A stretch of DNA of 64,000 nt from the human T2T-CHM13v2.0 reference genome, Homo sapiens. Shown here piece by piece: positions 63,120 to 64,000 of the stretch; within the stretch, counting starts at the first letter, position 1, and each line of letters begins with the position of its first letter. The stretch is taken from the NCBI RefSeq assembly GCF_009914755.1, contig NC_060926.1; one strand, written 5' to 3'. Both the position numbers and the translations under genes were made by a program. The notes under the pieces are model-generated. The model ran no database searches. It worked only from the letters and a program-made list of their open reading frames with translations, and was not told the origin of the DNA.

Positions 63120-64000
63120 CTGATTTTTAATCTCTTTTTCCTTTACCTTTGCTCTCTGAAAGAGTGTGTCAAATCTTTCTTCACAGCCCAGGTTTAATGT
63201 TCTGCAAGGTCAATTTAGCTCTTTATGGCTTAAAGTGATATTTTAAATACTATCATGACATTATTAGTTACCTTACCTTCTTTAGATTTTTTTTTCCCCA
63301 AATGCAGTCAACTCTCTTCCAAAAATATCTTCCTATATCTTATCTTTCATTTTAAGTATTATAAAAGCAAGTGTTCTAAAATGTTTGTTTCTTGGAACAA
63401 ATCTTTATAAAAATACACTCCTCCAGTTTTATCATGCTATCTTGATTTTCTTGCCAAAACTTCAAAGGACTTAACACTGTTTATTTTCTGTATACTTATT
63501 TTTGATAGAAGGCAGGTCTATTTTGATCTGTTATTTGAATAAAAATTAACATGGTACATTTTTCTGAGTCTGCTCACTGTTTAGCTTGACATTTTCTACT
63601 CCTCCTTTTTATGTTATAATAAAAAAGAGATGATATGGATTTATATTAATAGTTTGGTTATTAGGCAGACAGAGAAGGATGAAGAGAAAATTGAGGCATG
63701 AACAGTCCCAAAAGAAGCAGAAGGAAAACGGTACTTTATATATTTGTTGAAGAGACAAAGTTTCCGCATCTAATTTTGCTGTTAACTTAGTGATTGCTTT
63801 TAGGCAGATGACATCATTTTCTTGTTGTCTGCCTGCCAATCTGGGCAAATGTTGTTTTGTTTTAGGAAAATGCCTCTGAGTCAGGATGAATATGTCAGTT
63901 GGTGGGAAGCTGACTGATTGTAACTCCTTTTTGTATGGCCTTATTTATTTCCTCAGCTCAGTGCTTCTGCCTCAGAGGGTTTTATTTATTTATTGATTGA

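Overview
Mammalian (human-type) genomic DNA, AT-rich and repeat-dense. It contains the complete coding sequence of the two-exon CAVIN2 (SDPR) gene on the minus strand: CDS 11139-10657 joined to 931-137, 425 aa, with a 9.7 kb phase-0 intron. Its promoter lies near 11300. About 33 kb upstream is a full-length processed pseudogene of DNAJB1/Hsp40 (44191-46514, minus strand) with a poly(A) tail, a target-site duplication (TSD), a lost ATG and two frameshifts. This arrangement matches human 2q32.3 (CAVIN2 / DNAJB1P1) as I recall it. The rest is Alu, MIR, L1, L2, L3, MaLR/ERVL LTR and DNA-transposon relics plus some repeat-poor, motif-rich candidate enhancers. I found no clearly new multi-gene system. 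The best leads are: (i) an in-frame read-through of CAVIN2 exon 1 into the intron that encodes a transmembrane-like helix and is followed by intronic AATAAA signals; (ii) a retrocopy that appears to have captured the parental TATA box and CpG island and gained a new in-frame ATG for a J-domain-containing product; (iii) an unexplained ~80-bp dispersed direct repeat in the CAVIN2 intron. Repeat subfamily names and comparisons with the parent gene come from recall, not from searches, and old-repeat boundaries are approximate.
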